Source: Prochlorococcus sp. AG-679-M23
GTDB taxonomy: Bacteria > Cyanobacteriota > Cyanobacteriia > PCC-6307 > Cyanobiaceae
Length of the DNA stretch: 64,000 nucleotides
Direction: 5' to 3'
NCBI GenBank assembly: GCA_003208875.1
Contig: QCUR01000002.1
Coordinates: forward strand, 192,001-256,000
Shown: positions 43,942-64,000 of the stretch, piece by piece
How positions within the stretch are numbered: position 1 is the first letter of the stretch
Layout: every line of letters begins with the position of its first letter
Translations under genes and position numbers: made by a program
Notes under the pieces: generated by a model
Told to the model about the DNA's origin: nothing
Database searches by the model: none
The model's input: only the letters and a program-made list of their open reading frames with translations

Positions 43942-46900
43942 TTATTTATTTAGAGTCCTTTTTTTTGTTACAAATTTAAATGCCTCAATGATATCTCCTT
44001 CACTCCAAGTTGAGAATTTATCACATCCAACTCCACATTCGAAACCAGTATTAACTTCTTTTACATCATCTTTCGATCTTTTTAAAGAATCCAAATTACC
44101 TTCAAATATTACTTTATCAGATCTGAGTACTCTTAAAGAACAATTTCTTTGAAGCTTACCACTTTTTATGTAGCATCCAGCAATTGCTCCTTTCCCAACC
44201 GCAAATGTTGCTCTTACTTCAGCTTGACCTAAAGATTCCTCAACCAAATCAGGTTCAAGTAATCCTTCCATAGCAGATTGAATATCTTCTAGAAGTTTAT
44301 AAATGACTTCATACTCTCGTATATCAACATCATTTGCGTCGGCTGCTCTTTTAGCTCCAGAGGCTAATGATGTGTTGAAGCCTATTATTACTGAGCCAGA
44401 GGCAGCAGCAAGATCTATGTCAGTCTCAGTTATTTCTCCAGGCGCGGAGAGTAGGACTCTCACTTGAACCTCATTCTTTGGTAGTTGTTCTAATGAACCT
44501 AATATAGCTTCTACACTACCTTGGACATCTGCTTTTAGAATTAAATTTAATTCTTTAAGTTCTCCATCATTTGCTTGAGTAGATAAAGATGATAAGCTTA
44601 CCCTTCTTGATGCCATTTGCTGGGCTAATTTTGTTGCTCTCGCATCAGTCGCTCTATCTCCAACAATTGCTCTAGCAGATTTCTCATCAGGATAAACTTC
44701 AAATTCATCACCAGCTGTTGGGACTTCGCTAAATCCAAGAGCTTCCACTGGACATGAAGGCCCCGCCTCCTTAATTCTATTACCATGTTCATCGACCATG
44801 GCTCTAATTTTTCCAAGGACTGAACCTGCAGCTAAAACATCACCAGCTTTTAATGTGCCATTTTGTACTAATAAAGTTGCAACAGGACCTTTAGCTTTAT
44901 CTAAATGGGCTTCAATAACTGTCCCTTTAGCTAATCTTTCAGGGTTTGCTTGGAGATCTTCAACTTCAGAAACCAACAAGATCATCTCGAGTAATTTATC
45001 AATATTTTGTTTTTTGATTGCACTAACTGGAACCATAACAACGTCCCCACCCCAGTCTTCGGCGATTAGATCTTTTTCTGATAATTCCTGTTTAACTCTA
45101 TCTGGAGAAGCACCTTCTTTATCAATTTTATTTATAGCTACCACTATTGGTACTTTTGCTGCTCTTGCGTGACTAATGGCTTCTAGTGTTTGAGGTCTGC
45201 ACCCATCATCAGCAGCTACTACAAGTACCGCTACGTCTGTAACTTTCGTACCTCTTGCACGCATGGCGGTAAATGCTTCATGGCCCGGAGTATCAAGAAA
45301 AGTTAGCTTTTTCTTTTTTGATTCGTGCTCAAATTCAACTTGATAAGCCCCGATATGTTGAGTTATTCCACCTGCTTCTCCAGAGGCTACTCTAGATTCT
45401 CTTATGGAATCTAAAAGACTTGTTTTACCATGGTCAACATGACCCATTACTGTAATAACTGGAGGCCTTTTAATAAGACTTTCAATATCATCTGTTTCAA
45501 TCATATCTACAGTTTTCTTTGCAGCCTCTTCAACATCATCTTGTAGAACAGGGACTCCAAATTCCTCAGCCACTGTTTCAATAGTTGCCAAGTCAAGTGA
45601 TTGAGTAACTGTCGCTGTAATCCCTTTAAAGAATAGAGATTTAATTATTTCAGAACTTTCAAGACTAAGCTTATCGGCTAATTCTTGCACAGTTAAATTA
45701 TCTTCCGGTATTATTATCATTTCAGGTCTTACTTGTTTTGCATCTTTCGCTGCCCTTAGTTCCATAGCTCTTCTCTTTTGTCTTTGCCTAGTAGTCTCTT
45801 TTTTCTTTTTCTTGAATTGTCTTGAGGGTTTTTGTGATTTGATCTCTTCAGATTTTTCTTTTTTTGGACGAGCCAAACTAGCTGATAATATTGAAACTTT
45901 CTCTCCAGAGTAGCCGCTGGTCTCAGAGGTTAATGAATCATCATTTTCGCCAATAATATGGACTTTTTGTCTTTGTTTTTGTGGGTTTTTATTTCTTAAT
46001 GCTTCTAACTTAGCACTATCGTCCCAATCTGATCTGCCAGGCTTCTTAGAGTTGCTTGTAAATGATCTATGAGGTGGTTTCTTAGCTGCTGGAGATGCAT
46101 TTAAACGACTATTAGGTGCTTTAGCCTTCTGATTGATTACCTCTATTTTTTGTTTATTTACATTAGGAGTATTTGGTTTTTCTTTATTTGACGCATTAGT
46201 TTTCTGTAGCTGCATCAATTCGTTTGGTGCTACTGGCTTTCTTATTCCGGAGGGACTTTGATTACTTAGTTTCGAACCGCCCCTATTGAAATCTCCCTGT
46301 CTATATGGCCCGCCTTGTCTATTTGGAACACCTTGTCTATTCTGCCCCCCTGGTCTATTAGGAGCACCTTGTCTATAAGCTCCGCCTTGTCTATTTGGAG
46401 ATCCTGGCCTGTAAGGACCGCCTTGTCTATTTGGAACACCTTGTCTATCCTGCTCCTGCCTCCCTGGCCTACTTGGAGTACCCTCTCTATAAGAACTACC
46501 TGGCCTGTTTGGAACATTTTGGCGGCTTGGCCTATTGGAATTTGCTTGTCTATTAGGAATACCTCCCCTATTTGCAGAAATTGGTGTATTAGATGAGAGT
46601 TGCCTGCTATTAGTATTTGGTCTGTTTGAATTGATTTTAGGATCTTCCCTTCTAATAGGGGCGCCTACTAGTTCAGGTGTATTTTTTACATTAGGACTAT
46701 TTAAATTCTTTTTAGGAAAATTATTATTATCAATTTTATTTGATAATTGAGCCCTTTGATTAACTGAGTTATTTATTTTGTTTGCGTTTATATTCCTATT
46801 GGAATTTGCTAAATTTTTTGGTTTTTCAATTAATTGAATAGGCGGTCTTGCAGTAGTTTTTATTGGAGATATAGAAGAATTTTTTAAAGGCTTTTTGTCT

Positions 46901-47427
46901 TGTATAACTTTTGAGTCTTTTCTATCTTTTAGATTTGGAGTTGTTTTTATTGTGTTATTGGTTTTATTTTGAGTTTTTGAAAGTTCTTGAGATTTGAGGT
47001 TAGAGACAATAGTAGGGGGATTTGGATTTTTAAAATTATTTAAATTTCTTTTATTTGAGCTTACTAGTGAATTTGCTTGTTTATTAATAGGCTTGATTAA
47101 AAGAGGTTTTTTATTTAAACCGTCTTTTGATAAATTCTCTGGATGCAAGTTACTTGATAAGGTTTTATTGTTTTTGTTTTCATTATCATTATTTTTTGGT
47201 TTTTCGGTTTTTGCTTTAAATGTAGATTTACTTACGGAAAGAATTTTCTTTCCCGGATTTTTGTTATTTATAAGATTTTTTATTTTTTTTGCATCTTCTA
47301 AGGTTATTGAACTGCTGTGACTTTTGACTGATATTGAAAGTTTTTGAGCAGCATCCAATATATCTTTATTTTCCAGTTTTAGATCTCTGGAAAGTTCATA
47401 AACTCTGATTTTATCGCTGATAGTCAT
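43942..47427 (-). CDS. infB: Translation initiation factor IF-2
   Basis: [10 protein letters not shown]-domain, [21 protein letters not shown]. Confidence 0.98.
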   Translation of the reverse strand: MTISDKIRVYELSRDLKLENKDILDAAQKLSISVKSHSSSITLEDAKKIKNLINNKNPGKKILSVSKSTFKAKTEKPKNNDNENKNNKTLSSNLHPENLSKDGLNKKPLLIKPINKQANSLVSSNKRNLNNFKNPNPPTIVSNLKSQELSKTQNKTNNTIKTTPNLKDRKDSKVIQDKKPLKNSSISPIKTTARPPIQLIEKPKNLANSNRNINANKINNSVNQRAQLSNKIDNNNFPKKNLNSPNVKNTPELVGAPIRREDPKINSNRPNTNSRQLSSNTPISANRGGIPNRQANSNRPSRQNVPNRPGSSYREGTPSRPGRQEQDRQGVPNRQGGPYRPGSPNRQGGAYRQGAPNRPGGQNRQGVPNRQGGPYRQGDFNRGGSKLSNQSPSGIRKPVAPNELMQLQKTNASNKEKPNTPNVNKQKIEVINQKAKAPNSRLNASPAAKKPPHRSFTSNSKKPGRSDWDDSAKLEALRNKNPQKQRQKVHIIGENDDSLTSETSGYSGEKVSILSASLARPKKEKSEEIKSQKPSRQFKKKKKETTRQRQKRRAMELRAAKDAKQVRPEMIIIPEDNLTVQELADKLSLESSEIIKSLFFKGITATVTQSLDLATIETVAEEFGVPVLQDDVEEAAKKTVDMIETDDIESLIKRPPVITVMGHVDHGKTSLLDSIRESRVASGEAGGITQHIGAYQVEFEHESKKKKLTFLDTPGHEAFTAMRARGTKVTDVAVLVVAADDGCRPQTLEAISHARAAKVPIVVAINKIDKEGASPDRVKQELSEKDLIAEDWGGDVVMVPVSAIKKQNIDKLLEMILLVSEVEDLQANPERLAKGTVIEAHLDKAKGPVATLLVQNGTLKAGDVLAAGSVLGKIRAMVDEHGNRIKEAGPSCPVEALGFSEVPTAGDEFEVYPDEKSARAIVGDRATDARATKLAQQMASRRVSLSSLSTQANDGELKELNLILKADVQGSVEAILGSLEQLPKNEVQVRVLLSAPGEITETDIDLAAASGSVIIGFNTSLASGAKRAADANDVDIREYEVIYKLLEDIQSAMEGLLEPDLVEESLGQAEVRATFAVGKGAIAGCYIKSGKLQRNCSLRVLRSDKVIFEGNLDSLKRSKDDVKEVNTGFECGVGCDKFSTWSEGDIIEAFKFVTKKRTLNK
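46275..46575 (-). repeat. Intragenic 18-nt-period repeat in infB encoding (N/Y)R(Q/P)G hexapeptides
   Basis: Exact 31-nt direct repeat ccgccttgtctatttggaacaccttgtctat at 46310-46340 and 46418-46448, plus an 18-nt partial copy at 46382-46399. Confidence 0.85.
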
Positions 47428-47498
47428 TTAATCTGAATGTTACTCTTTTTTAGAAATTTTGGAGAATATAATTTTAATTATATGCCCTTTTGGGATAG

Positions 47499-47759
47499 TT
47501 ATTTATAGTTTGCAATTTCCCTTTCAAAAATATCAATAAATTCAGGATTTAAAATGCCTTTTAAAGCTTTTTGAAGCTTTTTTTTAAGTTTAGAATCTGT
47601 GTAACACTTTTTTGACTTACAAATGTAAGCAGAACGACCCATACCTTGGTTAAGCATTATTCCTAACTTATGATCATTAGTAATCTTTAAAAGATTATTT
47701 CTATCAAAAGTTGTCCTGCAAGAAATGCACTTACGCATAACAGGAGATTTCAGTGTCAC
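47499..47759 (-). CDS. ylxR: YlxR/DUF448 RNA-binding protein
   Basis: RKCISCR, GRSAYIC..C; lies between nusA and infB. Confidence 0.88.
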   Translation of the reverse strand: MTLKSPVMRKCISCRTTFDRNNLLKITNDHKLGIMLNQGMGRSAYICKSKKCYTDSKLKKKLQKALKGILNPEFIDIFEREIANYK

Positions 47760-49159
47760 CGTGTGTTCTCCTCTTTAGACAATAGTTCCTCTTGTTTCAA
47801 GTTTTCTGTTTGGTCGTTTTCTGAAAGAGTTTCTTCATCGTATCGTTCATCTCCATATTCTTCATCATCTTCAGGCAAAGGGTAAAGTTCCCTTAGTCTT
47901 TTATCTTCTGCAGCTCTTTCTGCTTGCTCAGCCTCCAATCTCTGTTCAGCTTCTCTTTGAAGATTCTCTTCTTCCTCCCTTTGAACAATTAATTCTGCTA
48001 CTGCAGAGTCTTCAGTCTCCTGATCATATTCATGGGAGTTTTTAACGTCTATTTTCCAGCCTGTTAACCTAGCAGCAAGACGAACATTTTGACCTTCTCT
48101 TCCTATGGCAAGACTTAATTGATCAGGGGGAACTAAAACATGAGCATGTTGTCCTTCTGGATCAACAAGTCTGACAAGGTCAACTTTTGCTGGACTCAAA
48201 GAATTTAGTATGTATTGAATAGGGTCAGATGACCACTTTATAACATCTATTTTTTCTCCCCTTAATTCATTAACTACTTGTTGAATCCTTGCTCCTCTTG
48301 CTCCAATGCAAGCTCCGACTGGATCAACTTCTCTTTCAATACTATCTACGGCGACTTTAGTCCTTGGCCCAACAGCTCTCGAAGGAGGATTTGCTTCTCT
48401 TGAGACAGCAACAATTTTGACTGTGCCTTCTTGAATTTCTGGGACTTCATTTTCGAATAAATAAACCACTAGACCAGCATTAGCTCTACTTACAAAAAGT
48501 TGAGGACCTTTTCTAGCTACTTCGCTAACTTCTTTAAGAAAAACTTTGAATGTAGCATTAGCTCTATAATTGTCATTAGGTAATTGATCCCTTTTAGGAA
48601 GTTCTGCTTCTACTTCTGGCCTACCGATTCCTGAGCTAACCCCCATAATTACTGACTGTCTCTCAAATCTAATAACTCTTGCAGTTAAAACAGGATCTTC
48701 CAAATCTGCGAATTCTTCCTGAATCATTTTCCTTTGTTGGTCTCTCAACTTTTGAGCCAATACTTGCTTCGTTGTTGAGGCTGCCATTCTACCAAAATCC
48801 TCTTTTTCGGGAGTGACATCTAAAACGACGGTATCACCTATTTGAGCATCATCAGCAACTTGTTTAACTTCTTGAAGAGATATTTGATGATCTTCGCTTT
48901 CAACATCTTCAACAATAATTTTACTCGATAAAATTCGATAACCCTCTTCTTCTAGATCGAATCCTACATCAAAATTACTAAAATATTCTTCATCAAATGG
49001 ATCTTCTTTCACTCCAATGTAGAAAGTTTTTCGGTATTTTTCGTAACCTTTAAGTAAAGCTTCACGTAAAGCTGATTCCACAACGTGAGGAGGTAATTTT
49101 TTTTCCTCACTTATGTCTTCAATAAGATTGTTTAAACCTGGGAGAATTACTAATGCCAT
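47756..49159 (-). CDS. nusA: Transcription termination/antitermination factor NusA
   Basis: FGRMAA, DPVGACIGARGARI, LSLAIGREGQNVRLAARLTGWKID. Confidence 0.98.
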   Translation of the reverse strand: MALVILPGLNNLIEDISEEKKLPPHVVESALREALLKGYEKYRKTFYIGVKEDPFDEEYFSNFDVGFDLEEEGYRILSSKIIVEDVESEDHQISLQEVKQVADDAQIGDTVVLDVTPEKEDFGRMAASTTKQVLAQKLRDQQRKMIQEEFADLEDPVLTARVIRFERQSVIMGVSSGIGRPEVEAELPKRDQLPNDNYRANATFKVFLKEVSEVARKGPQLFVSRANAGLVVYLFENEVPEIQEGTVKIVAVSREANPPSRAVGPRTKVAVDSIEREVDPVGACIGARGARIQQVVNELRGEKIDVIKWSSDPIQYILNSLSPAKVDLVRLVDPEGQHAHVLVPPDQLSLAIGREGQNVRLAARLTGWKIDVKNSHEYDQETEDSAVAELIVQREEEENLQREAEQRLEAEQAERAAEDKRLRELYPLPEDDEEYGDERYDEETLSENDQTENLKQEELLSKEENTR

Positions 49160-49195
49160 CTATGATGGGTAAAATGAATAAGAGTTGATAATTAA

Positions 49196-49699
49196 TTAGT
49201 CTTTAAAAGTGCAAAGACTAACCTTTAATACTTCATTAAAGGGAATTTTTTTAATCTTACCTTTAATGTTAATGGCTAAATAATCTTTAGACTTTTCATA
49301 AAGTAAACCGTTCAAAAATTTTATTTGAGAATTTTTTTGGTTTAACTCAACATTAACTGGAAAACCTTTAAAAGTTTTGAAGTCTCTTTCTGAGGTTAAT
49401 TCATCACTGACACCTTGACTACTAATTTCTAAAACATATGAACAATTTAAAAGATTTGAATTCTCAATCACACTATTAGCTGGGTTATTGAATCTTGAAC
49501 AGTCATCTAAAGTAATATCATCATTATTGGTTCTGCAAATAACAATTTTTATAATAATGGGATTTTGATTTGTCAGTATATCTAAACTATGTATCTTTAG
49601 GTTGAATTCTTTAGCAACTCCTTGAAGAATACTTTCTAAGTTGCTTTTACATTCCTTATCCAATTTTAAGTTTTTGTTTTGATAATTGATTATTTTCAC
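49196..49699 (-). CDS. rimP: Ribosome maturation factor RimP
   Basis: [18 protein letters not shown]; first gene before nusA. Confidence 0.9.
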   Translation of the reverse strand: MKIINYQNKNLKLDKECKSNLESILQGVAKEFNLKIHSLDILTNQNPIIIKIVICRTNNDDITLDDCSRFNNPANSVIENSNLLNCSYVLEISSQGVSDELTSERDFKTFKGFPVNVELNQKNSQIKFLNGLLYEKSKDYLAINIKGKIKKIPFNEVLKVSLCTFKD

Positions 49700-49797
49700 A
49701 TATCAAAAAGTTGTTTTGAAAATAAGCTTTTGTTATGTGTATTTTATGGATGTTAACAAAAAAACTACACTAGGAATTTTATTCAATTAAATTCTGA

Positions 49798-50952
<1,155 letters not shown>

Positions 50953-50999
50953 AGCTTCTGTTGAAATTTAATAATCTATAAACTTTAGTTCAAAACATT

Positions 51000-51713
51000 T
51001 TGGATTTACAAACTCAGATGAAACAAATAGTTGCTGATGCAGCTGTTAAAGAAGTAGAAGATGGAATGATCTTGGGTTTAGGATCTGGATCAACAGCTGC
51101 ACTGATGATAAAAAGTCTTGCTGAACAAATTAGATCAGGCAAATTAAAAAATATTAAAGGAGTTCCAACTTCCTTTCAATCAGAGGTGCTTGCATTAGAA
51201 CTTAATATCCCTTTAATTGATTTAGCTTCAGTTCCTTACATTGATTTAGCAATTGATGGAGCGGATGAAGTAGATCCTGATTTTCAACTCATCAAGGGTG
51301 GGGGAGCTTGCCATGTCCGAGAAAAATTGGTTGCATCTAAAGCAAATAAATTATTAATTGTTATTGATGAATCAAAGTTAGTGCAAAATTTAAACCAAGT
51401 TTTCCCTCTCCCTGTGGAGGTTATGCCTTCTGCGTGGAAGCAGGTGAAGGATATAATTTCAGAAATGAGTGGAGTTTCTAATTTAAGGATGGCAACAAAA
51501 AAAGCAGGCCCAGTTGTCACAGATCAAGGTAATTTGATTTTGGATGTTTTATTTGATGCTGGCATAAAAGATCCAAAAGATTTAGAAATGCGTATTAATA
51601 ATATTCCTGGAGTCTTGGAAAATGGATTATTTGTTGATTTAGCAGATAAGATTTTGGTGGGTAGAATTGAGGATGACGTTCCAGTATTATTTTCACCTTC
51701 GAGGAAAAGTTAA
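51000..51713 (+). CDS. rpiA: Ribose-5-phosphate isomerase A
   Basis: [29 protein letters not shown]. Confidence 0.97.
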   Translation: MDLQTQMKQIVADAAVKEVEDGMILGLGSGSTAALMIKSLAEQIRSGKLKNIKGVPTSFQSEVLALELNIPLIDLASVPYIDLAIDGADEVDPDFQLIKGGGACHVREKLVASKANKLLIVIDESKLVQNLNQVFPLPVEVMPSAWKQVKDIISEMSGVSNLRMATKKAGPVVTDQGNLILDVLFDAGIKDPKDLEMRINNIPGVLENGLFVDLADKILVGRIEDDVPVLFSPSRKS

Positions 51714-52996
51714 TCTTCAAATCTAATTTTTACTGAATTTGCATGACTATGTAAACCCTCACTATTTGCCAAATTTATAATATCCAAGCAGTTAATCTTT
51801 AAACTTTTTTCATTAAATTCAATTATTGAAGTATTCTTCATGAAGGTTTCAACTCCTAAGGAACCACTAAACCTCGCATTCCCACATGTTGGTAAAGTAT
51901 GGTTTGGCCCAGCTAAATAATCACCTACAGCCTCCGGGGTCCATTTCCCTAAAAATATCGCACCTGCATTCTCAATAGACTTGAGCGTCGTTTTTGGATC
52001 AATAGTAATTATTTCTAAATGTTCTGGGGCAAACTCATTACTTAGTTCAACACATGATTCTAAATTTTCGCAAATAGCAATTAATCCCCAATTCTTAATT
52101 GATTGAATGCAAATTTCTTTTCTGGGGTGATGCTCTATTTTCTTAAAGACTTCATCAAAAACTTCTTGAGCTTGATCATTTGATGTGGTCAACAGTATTG
52201 AGGAGGCTAATGGGTCGTGCTCGGCTTGTGCTAATAGATCTGATGCTATTTGAGAACTGTTAGCTGTTCTATCGGCAATGATTAAAATTTCACTTGGACC
52301 GGCTAAAGAATCAATTCCAGTAAATCCGTAAATTAACTTTTTAGCAGTGGTAACATAGATATTTCCAGGTCCCGAAATTACATCAACTTTATTTATTTGC
52401 TTTGTGCCAAATGCTAATGCGCCAATTGCCTGTGCTCCACCAATTCTAAACACTTTATCAACTCCTGATAAGTAAGCAGCAGCTAAAACAGTTGTATTTA
52501 TTTTCCCTTTTGTGTTTCCAGGAGAAACCATTGAAATTTCTTTAACTCCAGCTACTTTTGCAGGTATCGCATTCATTAAAACTGTACTTGGATATGCCGC
52601 TCTCCCTCCAGGTATATATAAACCAGCATTTTTTACAGGCATCCATCTTCTTTGGACGGAGTCACCATATTCTCCCTTTAAAGTAAATGATTCAGGGATT
52701 TCTTTTTCATGGAATTTTTTTATTCTTTGATAGGCAATTTCTAATGATTGTTTTAAATGCTGATCTGTCTCTTCCCAAGCAGTTTTTAAATCCCTAGTAC
52801 TTACTTGCATTGGTTTAGGATGGAATCCATCAAATTTTTTTGTATATTTTTCTACAGCTATATCTCCATGAAATTTCACATCTTGAAGAATATCTTCAAC
52901 AATTGAATTTATTTTTTTATTATCTCCAGAGGTTGTTCTTTGAGAAATTCTTCTCAACTCTTTGAGAGCTTTTTGTTTACTATTTATGATCTTCAT
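51710..52996 (-). CDS. hisD: Histidinol dehydrogenase
   Basis: [39 protein letters not shown]. Confidence 0.97.
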   Translation of the reverse strand: MKIINSKQKALKELRRISQRTTSGDNKKINSIVEDILQDVKFHGDIAVEKYTKKFDGFHPKPMQVSTRDLKTAWEETDQHLKQSLEIAYQRIKKFHEKEIPESFTLKGEYGDSVQRRWMPVKNAGLYIPGGRAAYPSTVLMNAIPAKVAGVKEISMVSPGNTKGKINTTVLAAAYLSGVDKVFRIGGAQAIGALAFGTKQINKVDVISGPGNIYVTTAKKLIYGFTGIDSLAGPSEILIIADRTANSSQIASDLLAQAEHDPLASSILLTTSNDQAQEVFDEVFKKIEHHPRKEICIQSIKNWGLIAICENLESCVELSNEFAPEHLEIITIDPKTTLKSIENAGAIFLGKWTPEAVGDYLAGPNHTLPTCGNARFSGSLGVETFMKNTSIIEFNEKSLKINCLDIINLANSEGLHSHANSVKIRFED

Positions 52997-53116
52997 ATTC
53001 TTAATACTTAATTTAAATTCAATTAAGTAATTACGTAACTCACTGATTTGAATTATATAATATTGATTAGTAGTCTATCTATTTGATACAATAAATCTAT
53101 ATTTAATCTTATTTCT

Positions 53117-53410
53117 GTGGCCAATAACAAATCAGCGAAAAAAAGAATTCAAGTTGCTGAAAGAAATCGTTTAGTGAATAAATCATATAAATCAACAGTA
53201 AGAACGCTAACAAAAAAAACATTAGCTAACTGTGAGAAATATAAGCAAGAACCTAATTCTAATAACAAAGATATAGTTCTTGTTAGTGTAAATGAAGCCT
53301 TCAGTCTTATCGATAAGGCAGTCAAAAAGAATGTTCTACATAAGAATAACGGTGCTAACAAAAAATCAAAAATCAATAAAATAGTTAAAGATTTTCTTAC
53401 AAGTAAGTAA
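53117..53410 (+). CDS. rpsT: 30S ribosomal protein S20
   Basis: MANNKSAKKR, IDKAVKKNVLHKN; GTG start. Confidence 0.97.
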   Translation: MANNKSAKKRIQVAERNRLVNKSYKSTVRTLTKKTLANCEKYKQEPNSNNKDIVLVSVNEAFSLIDKAVKKNVLHKNNGANKKSKINKIVKDFLTSK

Positions 53411-53416
53411 GTAAAA

Positions 53417-54211
53417 ATGACCAATATTGAATTAATTGATTCTCATTGTCATTTGATATTTGAAAATTTTGAAGAGGATCTTGAAGAAGTTGTTTCAAGG
53501 TGGCGTTCAATAGGAGTAAAAAAATTGCTCCATGCATGTTGTGAATTATCAGAAATTCCTAAATTGAAAAATATATCTCGAAGATTTGATGAATTGTATT
53601 ACTCAGTTGGTTTACATCCACTTGAAGCTAACAAATGGGAATGTAATTCAAAAACTATAATGAAAAATGCAGCCCAAGGTGATTCAAGAGTTGTTGCTAT
53701 TGGTGAATTAGGGTTAGATTTTTTTAAAAGTGAAAATACAAATAAACAAATAGATGCTCTTGTTCCACAAATGCATTTAGCCTGCGAACTTGACTTGCCC
53801 GTCATTATCCATTGTAGAGAAGCTGCAAATGAGATGATAAAAATATGTCAGGATTTAACCCAACAAGGTATATGTCCTAAAGGAGTTCTGCATTGTTGGA
53901 GTGGCACTCCAGATGAGATGAAGCAATTTTTAGATCTAGGATTTTATATAAGTTTTAGTGGGATAGTTACATTCCCAAAAGCATACGAAATTCATGAATG
54001 CGCAAGAATTGTTCCAGGTGATAGATATTTAATAGAAACAGACGCTCCCTTTTTAGCCCCTGTCCCATATCGAGGGAAAAGAAATGAACCAGCTTTTGTA
54101 GAAAGCGTAGCTAAGTCTATAGCCAGTTTAAGATCTTCAGACTTGAAAAATATTGCAGATGAGTCTTCTAGGAATGCTGAAGATTTGTTTAAGTTTGACT
54201 TGATAAATTAA
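53417..54211 (+). CDS. tatD: TatD-family deoxyribonuclease
   Basis: IDSHCHL, GLHP, AIGELGLD, IHCR, LIETDAPFL, RNEP. Confidence 0.95.
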   Translation: MTNIELIDSHCHLIFENFEEDLEEVVSRWRSIGVKKLLHACCELSEIPKLKNISRRFDELYYSVGLHPLEANKWECNSKTIMKNAAQGDSRVVAIGELGLDFFKSENTNKQIDALVPQMHLACELDLPVIIHCREAANEMIKICQDLTQQGICPKGVLHCWSGTPDEMKQFLDLGFYISFSGIVTFPKAYEIHECARIVPGDRYLIETDAPFLAPVPYRGKRNEPAFVESVAKSIASLRSSDLKNIADESSRNAEDLFKFDLIN

Positions 54212-54449
54212 CACATAACCTGTTAATATTAAAAATTACTGGAATTTTTTCTTAATTATTAGTAAACAGCTGATTAAAGTATGGTTTTATCGCCTTTATC
54301 TTTGATCATTTCAGCTAATAATAATCTAGATATTTGTTGAATTCAAGACTAAAATCTCGATTTCACTTTAAAAGTCTTGATTATTTTTCTAAAAGTTAAG
54401 TCGATTTTATGGTAATTAGCAATTCTTACATAATGGCGGGTTTTCTTGG

Positions 54450-59686
<5,237 letters not shown>

Positions 59687-59701
59687 TCCTTAAAAAACTA
59701 A

Positions 59702-63820
<4,119 letters not shown>

Positions 63821-63866
63821 AGGCTATTCTTATTTTCAGTTACTAGAATGCTAATTTAAATTTTAA

Positions 63867-64000
<134 letters not shown>

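Noticed and set aside
46275..46575. Repeats in infB as a possible CRISPR-like array
   Set aside because: The period is codon-phased within the IF-2 frame, with no unique spacers of constant length and no cas genes.
51710..51713. Convergent gene-end overlaps (also 16960-16967, 34841-34855, 33438/33439)
   Set aside because: Expected from genome streamlining; no additional signal seen.

Overview
AT-rich, gene-dense core-genome segment of a marine picocyanobacterium. By gene content and protein style it is most consistent with high-light Prochlorococcus (inference, no database search run). It holds the end of the spc/alpha ribosomal cluster (secY-adk-rpmJ-rpsM-rpsK-rpoA-rplQ-truA-rplM-rpsI-rpmE-prfA), tRNA-Ser(GCT), a cbiG-cbiH fusion, photosystem I genes (psaAB, psaI-psaL), lipA, ferredoxin-GOGAT, the str operon plus rpsJ, rne-rnhB, dapL-clpS, rimP-nusA-ylxR-infB, hisD, rpsT-tatD-rpoB-rpoC1-rpoC2 and a truncated hli gene. 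I found no CRISPR array, IS, prophage or rRNA. Three things are least ordinary. (1) A decayed tRNA-Thr(CGT) at 43573-43643 (-) sits 27 nt upstream of a two-gene ArnT-like + GT2 surface-glycosylation pair. (2) A resolvase-family protein has lost its catalytic Ser but keeps its HTH, and lies beside a cluster of palindromes and a degenerate direct repeat (20700-20937). (3) Structured leaders lie upstream of psaA and rpoB, and a C11 tract lies upstream of rpoA. No large new multi-gene system is evident.
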